Shown here: piece by piece, positions 25,139-36,100 of the stretch
Layout: each line of letters opens with the position of its first letter
Position numbering within the stretch: position 1 is the first letter of the stretch
Virus record (IMG/VR): IMGVR_UViG_3300048590_000251
Location: 1-54,038 of that record
Length of the DNA: 54,038 bases
Strand: one strand, 5' to 3'
DNA from: a virus
Lineage: Duplodnaviria > Caudoviricetes
Position numbers and translations under genes: made by a program
Notes under the pieces: model-generated
Database searches by the model: none
Seen by the model: only the letters and a program-made list of their open reading frames with translations
What the model was told of the DNA's origin: nothing

Positions 25139-27831
25139 TGCGACAGCGGAGCGTCTTTTCAGCGCCGGGAGCCACATCGGACGGGACCGATATCGACGCC
25201 AGGCGGATCCGCGAGACTGTCGAAATCCTCGCCGGGTCGCGCGGCGCCGAAGGCGACAGGGCTGTCCGTCTCCGCGAGTTCAATCTCCTTCTGGATCGCG
25301 TCACCAATACCATCGCGGCGATCGACCGGCTCGCGGGGCGCGGCATCATCGAGAACCCTCGGGCCCCCTCTCCGGATATCGGAGGGATCATCGGCGACAT
25401 ACCGGGGATCAATACCGACCCGCCGGCCACCCCGACCAATCTCCTGGTCAATACCTTCATCCTGACCGATGGCGTCGCGCGGCTGGAGGCATCATGGGAT
25501 GCCGCGCCAGAACCGGATATCGGCTACTATGTCGCGGAGATCGGGTTCGACGGCGGGAACATGATTCCTTGGGTTGTCGCCGGTCCCCAATTCGGCATCA
25601 ACTGCCAGCCCGGCCAGACCTATTCCATCCGCGTCTTTGCTGTCGATGTGGCCGGAAACGTGTCCGGACCCACAACAGCCGCCACGGGAACGGTGGTCGC
25701 CGACGATGAGCCGCCGGCCGTTCCGACCGGACTCGCGATCACGAGCGGATTTCAGCTTCTCTGGCTGAAATGGAACCGCAACGCCGAGCCGGATCTGCAT
25801 CACTACGAAATCTACGAGGCGGCGACCTCGACACCGGCCCCGACGACGGGAACCGTCGCGACCTTCTCGGCGACAGCCGACCAGATGGCGCGCAGCGGCC
25901 TGCCCGACAGCGCGACCCGGCATTACTGGATCCGAGCCGTCGATACATCCGGAAACAAATCGGCTTGGTCTACGCGCGTGCAAGGCACGACGGCGACAAG
26001 TGCTGGTGTCGATCCTGTCGCGCTGGCGGACGCTCTTTCCGCAGCGGTCGGTATTGTCCCGAGTGCCGCGATCGCACCACGGGCGATCGTCTCGTCGCTG
26101 ATCGCCGTCACCGATCCGGAAAACCTGGTGCCGGACGGAACGTTCTCGCAGCAGGACAGCAGCCTGATTGCTGCCGGAGGTGGCACTTCGGCGTCGTTCC
26201 TTGCGGTGACGACGGCCAGTTCCGGCACCGTGCTGAGATGGCAGCGAGCTGGGGCCGGAATAGCCGCCGACGTTCGGCAACATTCTCTTTACAAGACTCC
26301 GGTGAGCGATACGCAGAAGCTCGCGCTTGAAATCCGCATGCGGGCCAGCAGTTCGGGGACCGGGCCGAACCTTCAGCCGCGCATCATCTTCCACGACTCC
26401 GCGGGCGCGGTTCTGTCGTCGGTTGTGATTGACGTCATCGCCTCCCTTCCTACCAGTTTCACCCCCTATGCCGGCCAGGTCACGCCGCCCGCCGGCGCCT
26501 GCTTCGCGTCATGGTCACTGCCCACATTCGATACGACCTCTCCTGTCGATGTGCAGATCGACTACGTTCGGATTCGCCGGGCCGGCCTCGGACAACTGCT
26601 CGTGGATGGCGAGATTCAAGCCAATCATCTGACGACGGGTGAGCTTCTCACCCTGACCGCGCAGATCAAGAACGCGATCATCACCGACGCCAAGATCGCC
26701 AACCTGTCGGCGGCCAAGCTGGTCGCGGGAACGGCGCTGACCAGCTCGCTCACGGTGAATGGCGATGCGCTCTCGACCATCCAGGGCCGGGCGGCCGATC
26801 CCGCGGCGCGGATCAACGCCGCTTCGACACAGATCGACCCCGGCAAGATCGTCATTTCCGGCGGCACCACTCTTGCCGACTGGCGCAAGGGCGGGGATCT
26901 GACGAAGATCGACGGCGGCAACATCTCGGCCAACACCATCGCCGCCAATTCCGCCGTGATCGGCATGCGGGGCATCTCGATCTCGGGCGTCCAGTTCGAG
27001 CACAACAGCCCGACTGCCAACAAGGTATCCTGGACCGGCGGCACCATCCAATACATCAACGACGCCGGCACCGCGACGACCGCGACGATCACCGCCTCGA
27101 ACGCGACCTGGACCAGTGGCACGCTCTATCTCTACTGGGAGAAGGGCACCACGACCATCGGCAGCACCACGACGCTTGCCAGCGCGATGCTGGACACGCG
27201 CATCGTGCTGGCGACCTATCGCGGCGGCGTCGATCTGATCACGAATTACGGCCGCACGGTCATCGACGGATCGATCATCAAGACCGGCACCGTGGATGCC
27301 GCGCAGATGGCAACCGGCGCCCTGTCGGTGCAGGGAATGGCGGCGTTCGGCGGAACGCTGCAATCGTCGCCGTTTACGCCCGGATCGACGGGATGGCAGA
27401 TCAAATCCGCCGGCGATGCCGAGTTCAACACGGCGATCATCCGAAATCCGACCATCATCCGACCTCTTGTTCTCGACAGCGGCACGATCACGGTCGGCGA
27501 CTTTACACCAACCTCCTCCGGGTCCGGCCTTCCCACCAGTGATGGATGGGGCACGATCGGCAAAAGCATCTGGGTCGATACAACGTCCGTCCCGATCTCT
27601 GCATGGGCTGGGACCAACAAGACCTATGTCTGCAACGTCGCAATGACGGCCGGGACTGTTTTCAGAGTTGGCGGAACGGAAGATATCTACTGGGGCTGGG
27701 TCGCCACGGTTCTGCCGCTGACCCGCTGGAACGTGCCGCAGACGCTCAGACTGCGGATCGACTTCTACAGTCATCTCGTGAGCAACGTCACGGGCTGCGA
27801 AATCACCTGGAAAATCTACGAGATCACCTGA
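25138..27831 (+). CDS. Tail fibre-like protein with FN3 and carbohydrate-binding-like domains
   Basis: PPAVPTGL...YWIRAVDTSGNKSAWS; IKNAIITDAKIANLSAAKL; GWQIKSAGDAEFN. Confidence 0.8.
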   Translation: MRQRSVFSAPGATSDGTDIDARRIRETVEILAGSRGAEGDRAVRLREFNLLLDRVTNTIAAIDRLAGRGIIENPRAPSPDIGGIIGDIPGINTDPPATPTNLLVNTFILTDGVARLEASWDAAPEPDIGYYVAEIGFDGGNMIPWVVAGPQFGINCQPGQTYSIRVFAVDVAGNVSGPTTAATGTVVADDEPPAVPTGLAITSGFQLLWLKWNRNAEPDLHHYEIYEAATSTPAPTTGTVATFSATADQMARSGLPDSATRHYWIRAVDTSGNKSAWSTRVQGTTATSAGVDPVALADALSAAVGIVPSAAIAPRAIVSSLIAVTDPENLVPDGTFSQQDSSLIAAGGGTSASFLAVTTASSGTVLRWQRAGAGIAADVRQHSLYKTPVSDTQKLALEIRMRASSSGTGPNLQPRIIFHDSAGAVLSSVVIDVIASLPTSFTPYAGQVTPPAGACFASWSLPTFDTTSPVDVQIDYVRIRRAGLGQLLVDGEIQANHLTTGELLTLTAQIKNAIITDAKIANLSAAKLVAGTALTSSLTVNGDALSTIQGRAADPAARINAASTQIDPGKIVISGGTTLADWRKGGDLTKIDGGNISANTIAANSAVIGMRGISISGVQFEHNSPTANKVSWTGGTIQYINDAGTATTATITASNATWTSGTLYLYWEKGTTTIGSTTTLASAMLDTRIVLATYRGGVDLITNYGRTVIDGSIIKTGTVDAAQMATGALSVQGMAAFGGTLQSSPFTPGSTGWQIKSAGDAEFNTAIIRNPTIIRPLVLDSGTITVGDFTPTSSGSGLPTSDGWGTIGKSIWVDTTSVPISAWAGTNKTYVCNVAMTAGTVFRVGGTEDIYWGWVATVLPLTRWNVPQTLRLRIDFYSHLVSNVTGCEITWKIYEIT

Positions 27832-28379
27832 TGGCACAGCGCGCGTCCTACATTCTGAACGGAGATGGCATCAGCATCGTGAACGATACGGGCGGTGCGA
27901 TGACCGTCTCGACGGTCTGGGCGGGGTCTCCGGGCTGGGATGACGCCGTGGCGCTGGTGGCTGCGTCTCCGGATCAGATGACGCCTGCGCCACCGCCGAC
28001 GCCGGAGCAGGCCGCTGCGAATCTGGCGAACGAACTGAAGCGCGAGATCAACGCCGAGCGCGATCGGCGCGTTCTCATGGGCGCCGACATCGACGTGTCC
28101 GGTTATGGCTCGATCCCGGTGCAAGGCGGTCCAACGGACCAGATCAACCTTTTGGCCCTGGGTGCCACGGCGATGGAGCTGATCGCGGCCGGGATCACCG
28201 GAGCCGTCATTCCCTTCCGCGACGCGCTGAACGTCATGCACCAGCTCACTCCCGCACAGATTGCGGAACTGGTGCGCAAGGGCAAGATGGTCGTGACTGC
28301 GATCTACGCCGCTTCCTGGGCGCTCAAGGACGCCAATCCGATCCCCGAAGACTTCACAGATGACAGCCACTGGCCGTAG
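27831..28379 (+). CDS. DUF4376-like tail-associated protein
   Basis: INAERDRR...FRDALNVMHQLTPAQI...IPEDFTDDSHWP. Confidence 0.75.
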   Translation: MAQRASYILNGDGISIVNDTGGAMTVSTVWAGSPGWDDAVALVAASPDQMTPAPPPTPEQAAANLANELKREINAERDRRVLMGADIDVSGYGSIPVQGGPTDQINLLALGATAMELIAAGITGAVIPFRDALNVMHQLTPAQIAELVRKGKMVVTAIYAASWALKDANPIPEDFTDDSHWP

Positions 28380-28388
28380 GAGAACCGC

Positions 28389-28673
28389 ATGACTTTCGAT
28401 CATCTGCCCCTGCTCGTCCTCGTCGTCCTGGTGATCCTCGACACGATCACCACGATCCGCGCCCTGCGCAGCCCGAGCCTGCGGGAGGCCAACCCGATCC
28501 TCGCATGGGCGATGCGGCACGGCCGGGTCTGGATTGCCCTGAAACTGGCGGTCAGCACCGGTGCGATCTGGCTGCTGCGCGACCAAACCAACCCCGTCAC
28601 TTTCTGGATGACTTGCGGTGTCGCGGCGCTCTATGCTGCGGTCGTCGCCAGCAACATCCACCATACCCGCTGA
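28389..28673 (+). CDS. Small membrane protein (DUF5658-like)
   Basis: LDTITT...REANPIL; three hydrophobic segments. Confidence 0.7.
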   Translation: MTFDHLPLLVLVVLVILDTITTIRALRSPSLREANPILAWAMRHGRVWIALKLAVSTGAIWLLRDQTNPVTFWMTCGVAALYAAVVASNIHHTR

Positions 28674-28686
28674 CGGAGGCCGTCAC

Positions 28687-29148
28687 ATGATCGTCACCTT
28701 CAAGTTGCAGGAGAGACTTCTCGCATGGGCGGCGCCCCGGTGCGATACCCATGAGTGGCCGAAAGAGAGCGTGGCCTTGGGCGTGATCGACCCGACAGGC
28801 GGCCGCATCCGCGCGGTCGTCGTCATCAATGCCCGCTACGGGCACACCCTCGCCATGCACATCGCCAGCGACGGCAGCCGCGCATGGGCGACGGAGGCCG
28901 TTCTGAGGTCCATCTTCACCTATGCCTTCGACACGCTCCAGGCGGGCCGGATCAACGCCGTCATCGCCGAGCGCGACATCAAGACAACGATCATGGCCCT
29001 CAAGCTGGGGTTCCGCATGGAGGGGACACTCAAGTCTGGTGCAAATGACGGCAGCGATGGTATACTGATGCGGATGTTGGCGCAGGAGTGCCCGTGGATC
29101 GAACACGAGGTTACTCCACATGGGCAAGAAATCCCCGCCGCCCGCTGA
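28687..29148 (+). CDS. GNAT-fold protein in the virion module
   Basis: MHIASDG...IFTYAFDTL...KLGFRMEGTL. Confidence 0.8.
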   Translation: MIVTFKLQERLLAWAAPRCDTHEWPKESVALGVIDPTGGRIRAVVVINARYGHTLAMHIASDGSRAWATEAVLRSIFTYAFDTLQAGRINAVIAERDIKTTIMALKLGFRMEGTLKSGANDGSDGILMRMLAQECPWIEHEVTPHGQEIPAAR

Positions 29149-30049
29149 CCCGAGGATCGGTGAGGCCGCCCTGGAGTCCGCGCGGCTCGGGACCGAATAT
29201 CTCGATTTCATGCGCGGGCAGGCCGATGTCACGAACCGGTGGGCGGAGGAAGACCGCAGCCGGTTCCAGACGGTTTTCCAGCCGCTGCAAGACCAGTTCA
29301 TCGCCGACGCGGCGTCCTACAACACGCCGGAGCGGCAGTCCGCGGCGGCGTCTGCCGCCGTCGGGGACGTGCGGCAGCAGGCCGAGATTGCCCGACAGTC
29401 GTCCGCGCGCAACCTTGCCTCGATGGGGGTTGATCCGAGGTCCGGAGCCTATGCCGCCGAAGCCCGCCGCAGCGCCACCGCAGAGACGCTTGGCGCGGCG
29501 GGTGCGGCGAACAGCGCCCGCCGCCAGGTCGAGGCGATAGGGGATGCCAAGCAGGCCGCCGCGATCAACATGGGCAACGGACTGGCCGTCAACCCTGCGA
29601 CCTCGATGCAGATTTCCAACGGCGCCACATCGGCCGGGTTCAATGGCGCCATTGGCGGCCAGCAGCAGATGGGCAATCTGCTCAACACTCAATACCAGCA
29701 GCAGTTGGAAAGCTGGCAGCAGCGCAACGCGATGCTGGGCGGCATCGGAAGTGCCCTCGGGCAACTTGGCGGCGCCTTCATCCTGTCCTCGAAAGAGGCG
29801 AAGACGGACAAGACGAAAGTCAGGGGGGCGCTCAAGGCGCTCAAGGATATGCCTGTCGAGGCGTGGACCTACAAGCCGGGTGCCGGAGACGGCAAGCGCC
29901 ATATCGGCCCCTATGCCGAGGACTTCCAGAAAGCGACCGGGCGGGGCGATGGCAAGACCATCGACTTGATCGACTCCATCGGCATCACGATGGCTGGAGT
30001 GAAGGAACTCGCCGACGAGGTGTCGGCGCTCAAGCGGAGGTCTGCGTGA
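29120..30049 (+). CDS. Ejection/internal virion protein with C-terminal Peptidase_S74-like domain
   Basis: MGKKSPPP start, A/G/Q-rich body, LSSKEAK...WTYK...HIGPYAEDF...GITMAGVKEL. Confidence 0.75.
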   Translation: MGKKSPPPADPRIGEAALESARLGTEYLDFMRGQADVTNRWAEEDRSRFQTVFQPLQDQFIADAASYNTPERQSAAASAAVGDVRQQAEIARQSSARNLASMGVDPRSGAYAAEARRSATAETLGAAGAANSARRQVEAIGDAKQAAAINMGNGLAVNPATSMQISNGATSAGFNGAIGGQQQMGNLLNTQYQQQLESWQQRNAMLGGIGSALGQLGGAFILSSKEAKTDKTKVRGALKALKDMPVEAWTYKPGAGDGKRHIGPYAEDFQKATGRGDGKTIDLIDSIGITMAGVKELADEVSALKRRSA

Positions 30050-30741
30050 TGGCCGCGAGTTTTCTCGAAGGCATGATCGGCGGTGTCGCCGACGCCAAGG
30101 AAAAGAAGACCTCGGAAGCTGAGCGCAAGCGGCAACTCGACATCGCGGAGCAGATGGCCAATCGGCCGGTCTGGGGCGGTGCCGATCAGGCTGTCGCGAT
30201 GAACGCCGGATCCGGTGGCGGCGGCGCTCATTCCAGCGCCACGTCCTACACCTATGACGGAAAGATCGGCGACCGCGCCGGGTATGCCTACAACTACTTC
30301 GTCAAGAATGGTGTCCCCCCGGCTGCCGCTGCCGGTCTGGTGGGCAATATGATGCAGGAGAGCGGAACGGACATCAATCCGGCCGCAGTCGGTGACAGCG
30401 GCAATGCCTTCGGCGCCGCGCAGTGGAACGGCCCCAGAAAGAGGGCCTATCTCGGCTTTGCCGCAGCGCGCGGCACCAGCCCGACCGATTACGACACGCA
30501 ACTCGATTTTCTTCTGCATGAAGGACGAACCTCTGAGAAGGGCGCATGGGGTGGTATCCTGGATGCGCGCACCCCGCGCGAGGCCGCCGTCTATGCCTCG
30601 GACAATTTCTGGCGCCCCGGTCTGCCGCACAACGATCGCCGGGCGGCCTATGCCGAAAAGGTCTACAACACCTACTACAAGCCGCAGCCAACCGAGAAAT
30701 GGCCGTGGTTCCAGAATTACAGCGGAGGCCAGCAGCCGTGA
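30049..30741 (+). CDS. Virion-associated lysozyme (Phage_lysozyme2-like)
   Basis: AAAGLVGNMMQES...FGAAQWNGPR...QLDFLLHE. Confidence 0.85.
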   Translation: MAASFLEGMIGGVADAKEKKTSEAERKRQLDIAEQMANRPVWGGADQAVAMNAGSGGGGAHSSATSYTYDGKIGDRAGYAYNYFVKNGVPPAAAAGLVGNMMQESGTDINPAAVGDSGNAFGAAQWNGPRKRAYLGFAAARGTSPTDYDTQLDFLLHEGRTSEKGAWGGILDARTPREAAVYASDNFWRPGLPHNDRRAAYAEKVYNTYYKPQPTEKWPWFQNYSGGQQP

Positions 30742-33119
30742 GTTTCTTCGATGGAGCGGTGTCCGGGTTCTTCGCCGGGCGGGATTGGCGCGAAGGCAGA
30801 GATGCCCGCAAGCGTCAGCGTGAACTTGCGGAGATCGAGGAAAACCGACGCGCCGAAGAGTTCGGGTGGCGCCGGGATGAGCAGAAATTCCGCGTCGATA
30901 CCCTCTCCGCCCAGAAACGCGCCCGCGAACAGGCCGAGAAAGACGCCGAGGAAGAGCGAAAGGCGTTTGCCGAAGCCTACGGGGACGCCAAGGCGGCATC
31001 CGAGGGCGATGCGGGCACAGAGGCCGGGCCCGGCGCCCCTGACCCCAATGTCGCGCCGGACACGCCTGCCGGCGAGAGCACGAGCCCGCAATCGGTGCGC
31101 GAGATCACCGCAGGGCGGTCTGCGCCTGCTTATGGCGACGTTGCCCCTCCGAGGCCGCAGAAGCCGCCGGCCATTGTCAGCGATGCCCCGTCGATCGGCG
31201 CCTCTCTCGCGTCCGGGCCGGACGCGCCGCAAATGCCGGCCATGCCCGATATGCCGATCCCGCGACAGGGAGGGAAGGCGCTGCACCCGCCCTATCTCGA
31301 TCCGGCGCCCAACGTGCCGCCGCCGGACGGAAAGACCGGGCGTGTGGTCTTCGCGGAGTCGAGTGGTCTTCCGCAGCCCTATATCGCCAAAGCCCGCGAA
31401 TTTGACGCCTTGCAGGCGTGGCTTGAGCGCGGAGTCAGCACCGATACCGGGCAGCCGCTCAGCGAGACCGAGCGCGCCAGCGCGATTGCACGGCTGGCCG
31501 AGTTCGACCGGACGCTGCGCGGCGCCGCCGACCAGGTGGCAGAGGCAACTGGAGGCAGAAAGAGCGTTGCCCCGTCGCAGGAGATGGCCCACAGACCGCA
31601 GCGCATCGGCGACCGGCCTTCCACCTATGCGCCGGACGCGGCTCCCGCCGCGCCACAACCGCCGCGACCCATACCATCGGACGGGCTTGGCCCCCGTGCC
31701 GCCTTCGCCGAGGGCAACGGACTCGACGCGCAGACGGTCCTGATGGCGCAGGAAGCCGACAGGATGGAGGCCATGTTGCAGGATTCCGCGATGGAACCCA
31801 ACATGCGCAAGACTGTCGAGGCACGCCTCGCCGCACATGAAGAGCGACTCAACGGAGCCGCGCTCGCCGCCGGAATTGCCCCGCCGCGCGATCCGCGCGC
31901 CACGGATGCCGCCGTTCTCGACCAGCGCGCCCCGCCGCCGCAAATGGCCGTGGTGCCTGCCGGGATGCCGTCTCCGCCGCCAGATACCGCGATGGATGCC
32001 GGGTTTGTGCGTCCCGCTCCGGAGGAGAAGGTAAGCCGGGAGGCGCGGATCACCAGGCCCGACCTGCCGATCCCGCGTCCCCGTCCAGCGACCGTGGGCG
32101 GCGTCCGGGTTCCGTTTGGAGAGAAAGGCGCGGTGGACGCGCCGCCGGTGGTGGATGGGCCGCCTGCGGGCCCCGTGAGCAGCGCGCCGCCGGCCGCCGC
32201 CCAGCCCCCGTCCGATCCGGCTGCACCGCAACCCATCGCGCAGACCCCGCCGCCGCCGCAGGCAGCGCCTGACGGCGTTCCGTTGACGGAGCAGGGAACA
32301 CCGGCAACATCGGTCGATGCGGCGCAGGCGACCGCGCCGAAGCGCGATCACCCCGCGAAGAAGGGCGTGATCGGAGAGGGGATGCCGGTCAAGGCCACGC
32401 AGAAGCAACGCGAAAAGGCGGGCAAGGACTTCCTGACCTACTACGCCGAGAAGGGCGCGCCCAGGATCATCGAACACTACCTGAAGACCGGGCAGGTCGA
32501 GAAGGCTGTCGCGTTCCGGGATTTCATCCAGGACGAGCAGGTGAAGGCGGGGATGAAGAGCTGGTCGATGGCAGCTCACGCCGCAGCGATCGGAGATGAC
32601 GAAGGGTTCGTCAAGTATCTGGCCGAAGCCTACAACAGGCGCGGCTATTTCGATGACGGGTTCTCCGTCGTGGCAGAGGACTCCGGCCTGATCCGCGACA
32701 AGAGCGGCAGCGTAACCGGCGCCCAGATCACCTACAAGAAGGACGGCACCGGCGAAATATTCGTGGAGAAGGTCGATTCTCTCGATAACCTCTACGAGCA
32801 GGGACTCTGGATGCTGTCACCGGAGAAGATATTCGAGACAGGGTGGAACGATGTCCAAGCGGGCAGGGCCGCGCGGGCTGAAGTGACCAAGAAACTGGCG
32901 GAGGCGGGTCTCCCCGCCACACGAGCGAAGGCGGTCCTCGACACAATGGAAAAACTCTCGAAGTCGAACCTCAACTTCTCGCAACTGCCAGTGGAGGAAC
33001 AGGTGTCGCAGGCCATCGCCTTCCTTGATAGTGGCGGCGCCACGCCGACACCACCTTCCGCCACCGCATCCGGCGTCGGCGCCAACCCGCAGGGCGGCAG
33101 CCTGCCCTTCTACAACTGA
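30738..33119 (+). CDS. Internal virion/ejection protein, Pro-rich centre
   Basis: GTGA coupling with SD ggagg; lies directly before the giant gene. Confidence 0.75.
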   Translation: MSFFDGAVSGFFAGRDWREGRDARKRQRELAEIEENRRAEEFGWRRDEQKFRVDTLSAQKRAREQAEKDAEEERKAFAEAYGDAKAASEGDAGTEAGPGAPDPNVAPDTPAGESTSPQSVREITAGRSAPAYGDVAPPRPQKPPAIVSDAPSIGASLASGPDAPQMPAMPDMPIPRQGGKALHPPYLDPAPNVPPPDGKTGRVVFAESSGLPQPYIAKAREFDALQAWLERGVSTDTGQPLSETERASAIARLAEFDRTLRGAADQVAEATGGRKSVAPSQEMAHRPQRIGDRPSTYAPDAAPAAPQPPRPIPSDGLGPRAAFAEGNGLDAQTVLMAQEADRMEAMLQDSAMEPNMRKTVEARLAAHEERLNGAALAAGIAPPRDPRATDAAVLDQRAPPPQMAVVPAGMPSPPPDTAMDAGFVRPAPEEKVSREARITRPDLPIPRPRPATVGGVRVPFGEKGAVDAPPVVDGPPAGPVSSAPPAAAQPPSDPAAPQPIAQTPPPPQAAPDGVPLTEQGTPATSVDAAQATAPKRDHPAKKGVIGEGMPVKATQKQREKAGKDFLTYYAEKGAPRIIEHYLKTGQVEKAVAFRDFIQDEQVKAGMKSWSMAAHAAAIGDDEGFVKYLAEAYNRRGYFDDGFSVVAEDSGLIRDKSGSVTGAQITYKKDGTGEIFVEKVDSLDNLYEQGLWMLSPEKIFETGWNDVQAGRAARAEVTKKLAEAGLPATRAKAVLDTMEKLSKSNLNFSQLPVEEQVSQAIAFLDSGGATPTPPSATASGVGANPQGGSLPFYN

Positions 33120-33156
33120 TCCGACCCGTTGCCCTCTCAGACGAAAGAGTGACCCT

Positions 33157-36100
33157 GTGGCCGACAACATCTTCGCCAAGAACCCTCTGGATGCCACCCT
33201 GGAGGGCATGACCGCCCTGAAAACGCCGCCGCAAAGCCCGCGCGCGGCGTTCGAGGCCGCGTCGCGCTCCAGCGGAGTGCCGATCAACATTCTGCTGGCG
33301 GCAGCGGAAGCCTCGGGGGCGAAGACGGGAGAGGATGCCATCCGCGTCGTAGAGGCTGTGTCCGGAGAGTGGGGCGGCAGGATCAGGGCCGGGGAACCGA
33401 TCGAGCGCGTCGTCGGCGCGACCCTTGGTGGCGACGAGGCGGCGACGGCACAGTTTCTGGACCGCGCCCGCGCTCTCGGCCGGGAGTATTACCCCGATCT
33501 GGCGCCGAAGGAGCCGGGTTTCGTCGGCAATGTCGGGCGGGTTCTCGGCGCCTCTCTGGTGCGCGGCGGCGGAATGGCCGCCGAAGGTGTTGCCAATGCG
33601 GCGGCCTCCGCCATGGACAGCCAGCGCGCCATCCTCGGTGGGATCGGCGATGCCGCCCGCAAGGCCGCCGATGCCCTCGGGGTCAAGGACTTCGGCGGCT
33701 ACGTTGCCGACGAACTCGGCGTCACCACAGCCGCGGAATGGGCAGACCGGGGCGCCAGAGAGGCCGCTGATCGGGCGCAGGATGCCGGACGCTTCGTCGG
33801 CGACGCCGCCGCAGACAAATCGGACAGCATCCGGGAAGGTCTGTCCGACCGCGCCAGGCAGGCAATGGCGGGCAGCACCCCTGACGGGGTGATCTACGAC
33901 CCGCGGACATGGAGTCTCGGCGAGAACGCATCGTTGGAGGGCTACACCTATCACGCCGTCGATGTGCTGGGATCCCTGATCCCCGTCATTCTCGCCGGGA
34001 TCGCCACGGGCGGTATCGGAGCGGCGGCAGTCGGCGCCGCCATGGGCGGCGGCGAGGGCTCGCAGACCGCGCGGCAAGTGGTCGATGAGGCTTACAAGAA
34101 CGGCACCCTCGACCAATCGCCGATGTTCAGGCGTCTGGTCGCGGAAGGCGCCAGCCCGGACGATGCCTATGACCGAGTGCGCCGCGAGGCAGCCAAGGCC
34201 GGGACGCTGTTCCAGGCCCCGGTGAGCGCCTTCGGCGGATACGCCACCGCCTCGATCGTCAAGGGAACGGTCGGAAAGGCCGTCGGCGGTGGGATCATGC
34301 GCCGCGCCATTGCCTCCGGCGTGGCCTCGGCCGCCGAGGAGGGCTTGCAGGAGGCGGCGGAAACCGTCTCCGCAAACCTTGGCATCAAGGCCACGACTGG
34401 CCTGAAAATCAACATCGCCGACGGCACGTTCGGCGATTTCGTCTTGGGCGCCATCGGCGGCGCCGGTCCGGGCGCGGTCGGTGGGGCGCTTGGGCGGGGT
34501 CATGCCGGTGATCCGTCCAGGCGGCCGCCTGTCGCGGCACCCCCCCAGGAACCACCGGAGCCGGAGCCGGATGGGGGCATTCCCGCGGCAGGCGGTCAAC
34601 AACCCGTTCCAGCGGCGCCCGACCTCGCGCCCGAGCCGTCGCCGCTCCGGGATGCCGCCCGCGCCGCACCGCCGCCGGCCGCCGGAGATATCGCGCCGGG
34701 GTCGCGCGTCATCCTGAAATCCTCCGACAGCGCGCCTCCCGGCGAGCGTGTCCCCGACATGACCGGAACCTTTGTCGGCGAAAAGGGCCGCATGGTCCTG
34801 ATTGCCGACGAGGACGGAGAGGTTGTCGAGATTCCGCGCAACGCTTTCGATCTGGGAGCAGTGTCGATGCAGGCACTTGCGCTAGATCCGATGCTGCCGG
34901 AAACAGACGCGCCGGCCGATCCGGAGGCTCCGCCGCAGCCAGATATGGCTCAAGCGCCCCAGCCTGACCTTCAGCCGCCCGCGCCGGCCGCAGAGGTGCC
35001 GCCGCCGCAAGAAATTCCGCCGGCCGTAGATGTGTCTCCCGCTCCGGACGTCCCCGAGGATGTGGTGCGCCGCCGCTTGCGCATGATCGAGGATATCGCC
35101 AAACGCGACGGATGGACCGCCGATCTGATCGCCCAGCGAGACGCAGCCCGTGAGGCAGTCGCCAGAATTGGCGCGTCCATGGGCGTGGGTCCGGAACCCA
35201 GGCCACCGAACCCAGAGACGGAGGATACAGGCGATGTGGTTGAACCTGGACGAGCTTCAGAGGGACAGGGTGATCACGGCGTGGGAAGCGACCGCGCTGC
35301 GCCAGTGGCTCGACTCCCCGACGCCGGAAGTCCTGCCGAAGGAATGCCCGCTGTCAGAGATCCTGAACCGGATCCGCCTCCATCAATGGACCCCGGACCG
35401 CGCGCACTGACTCAGGAGACTGCGGAGAAGAAGACGGTCACGCCCGATCTGGTGACGGTTCGGGATGTCTACGGCAAGAGACACCGCGTGAGAAAGCCGG
35501 ATCTGGACGGCGACCGGGCCATGCTGCCCACGTTCAACGCCAATGGCGAAAGGACGAATGGCACGCTGCTGCACCGCGACAACATCGACCCGGACGGGTC
35601 CGGGGTGCGCGCCACCTACGCATCCGCGCCTTACATCGCCAAGGAAAATGACCGGCCGTTCGCGACCGAGGCGGCGGCGAAGGCCGCTGTGCGACACGTC
35701 AATCAGGATTTGGCGGATTTCAAAATCAAGCCGGTCAATGGCGGCTTTGTCGCGGTGCGCAAGAAGGCAAAACCGGACGCGGAGACGGCGCCAGAGACCC
35801 CGGATGCCCTTTCGATCGAGGATATCCGCACCAAGGCGGCGATCCTGCGCGGCTGGACCGGCGACAAGCCGCCCGTGGTCGACGGCGTGCTGTTTTCCCA
35901 CGATGTGAAGGCGGGCGGGTATACCTTCTCCCGCAAGCACAAGGAGAAGGTCGGGGCGGCGCTCAAGGTGGGTGCGAAGCCCGCGGCAGGCGAACCCCTG
36001 ACGGGCGAGATCATCACCCCGGAAGATGACGCGGAAGCGCGGCGCAAGGCGGCCACTTCGGTCGGCATCGAGCTGACCGATGCGCCGTTGCCGGTGCGCG

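Noticed and set aside
33025-33156. Track start of the giant ORF at 33025
   Set aside because: Overlaps the upstream gene and lacks an SD; GTG 33157 fits better. Track starts at 13928, 27546, 30546, 49885 and 50396 were shortened for similar reasons.
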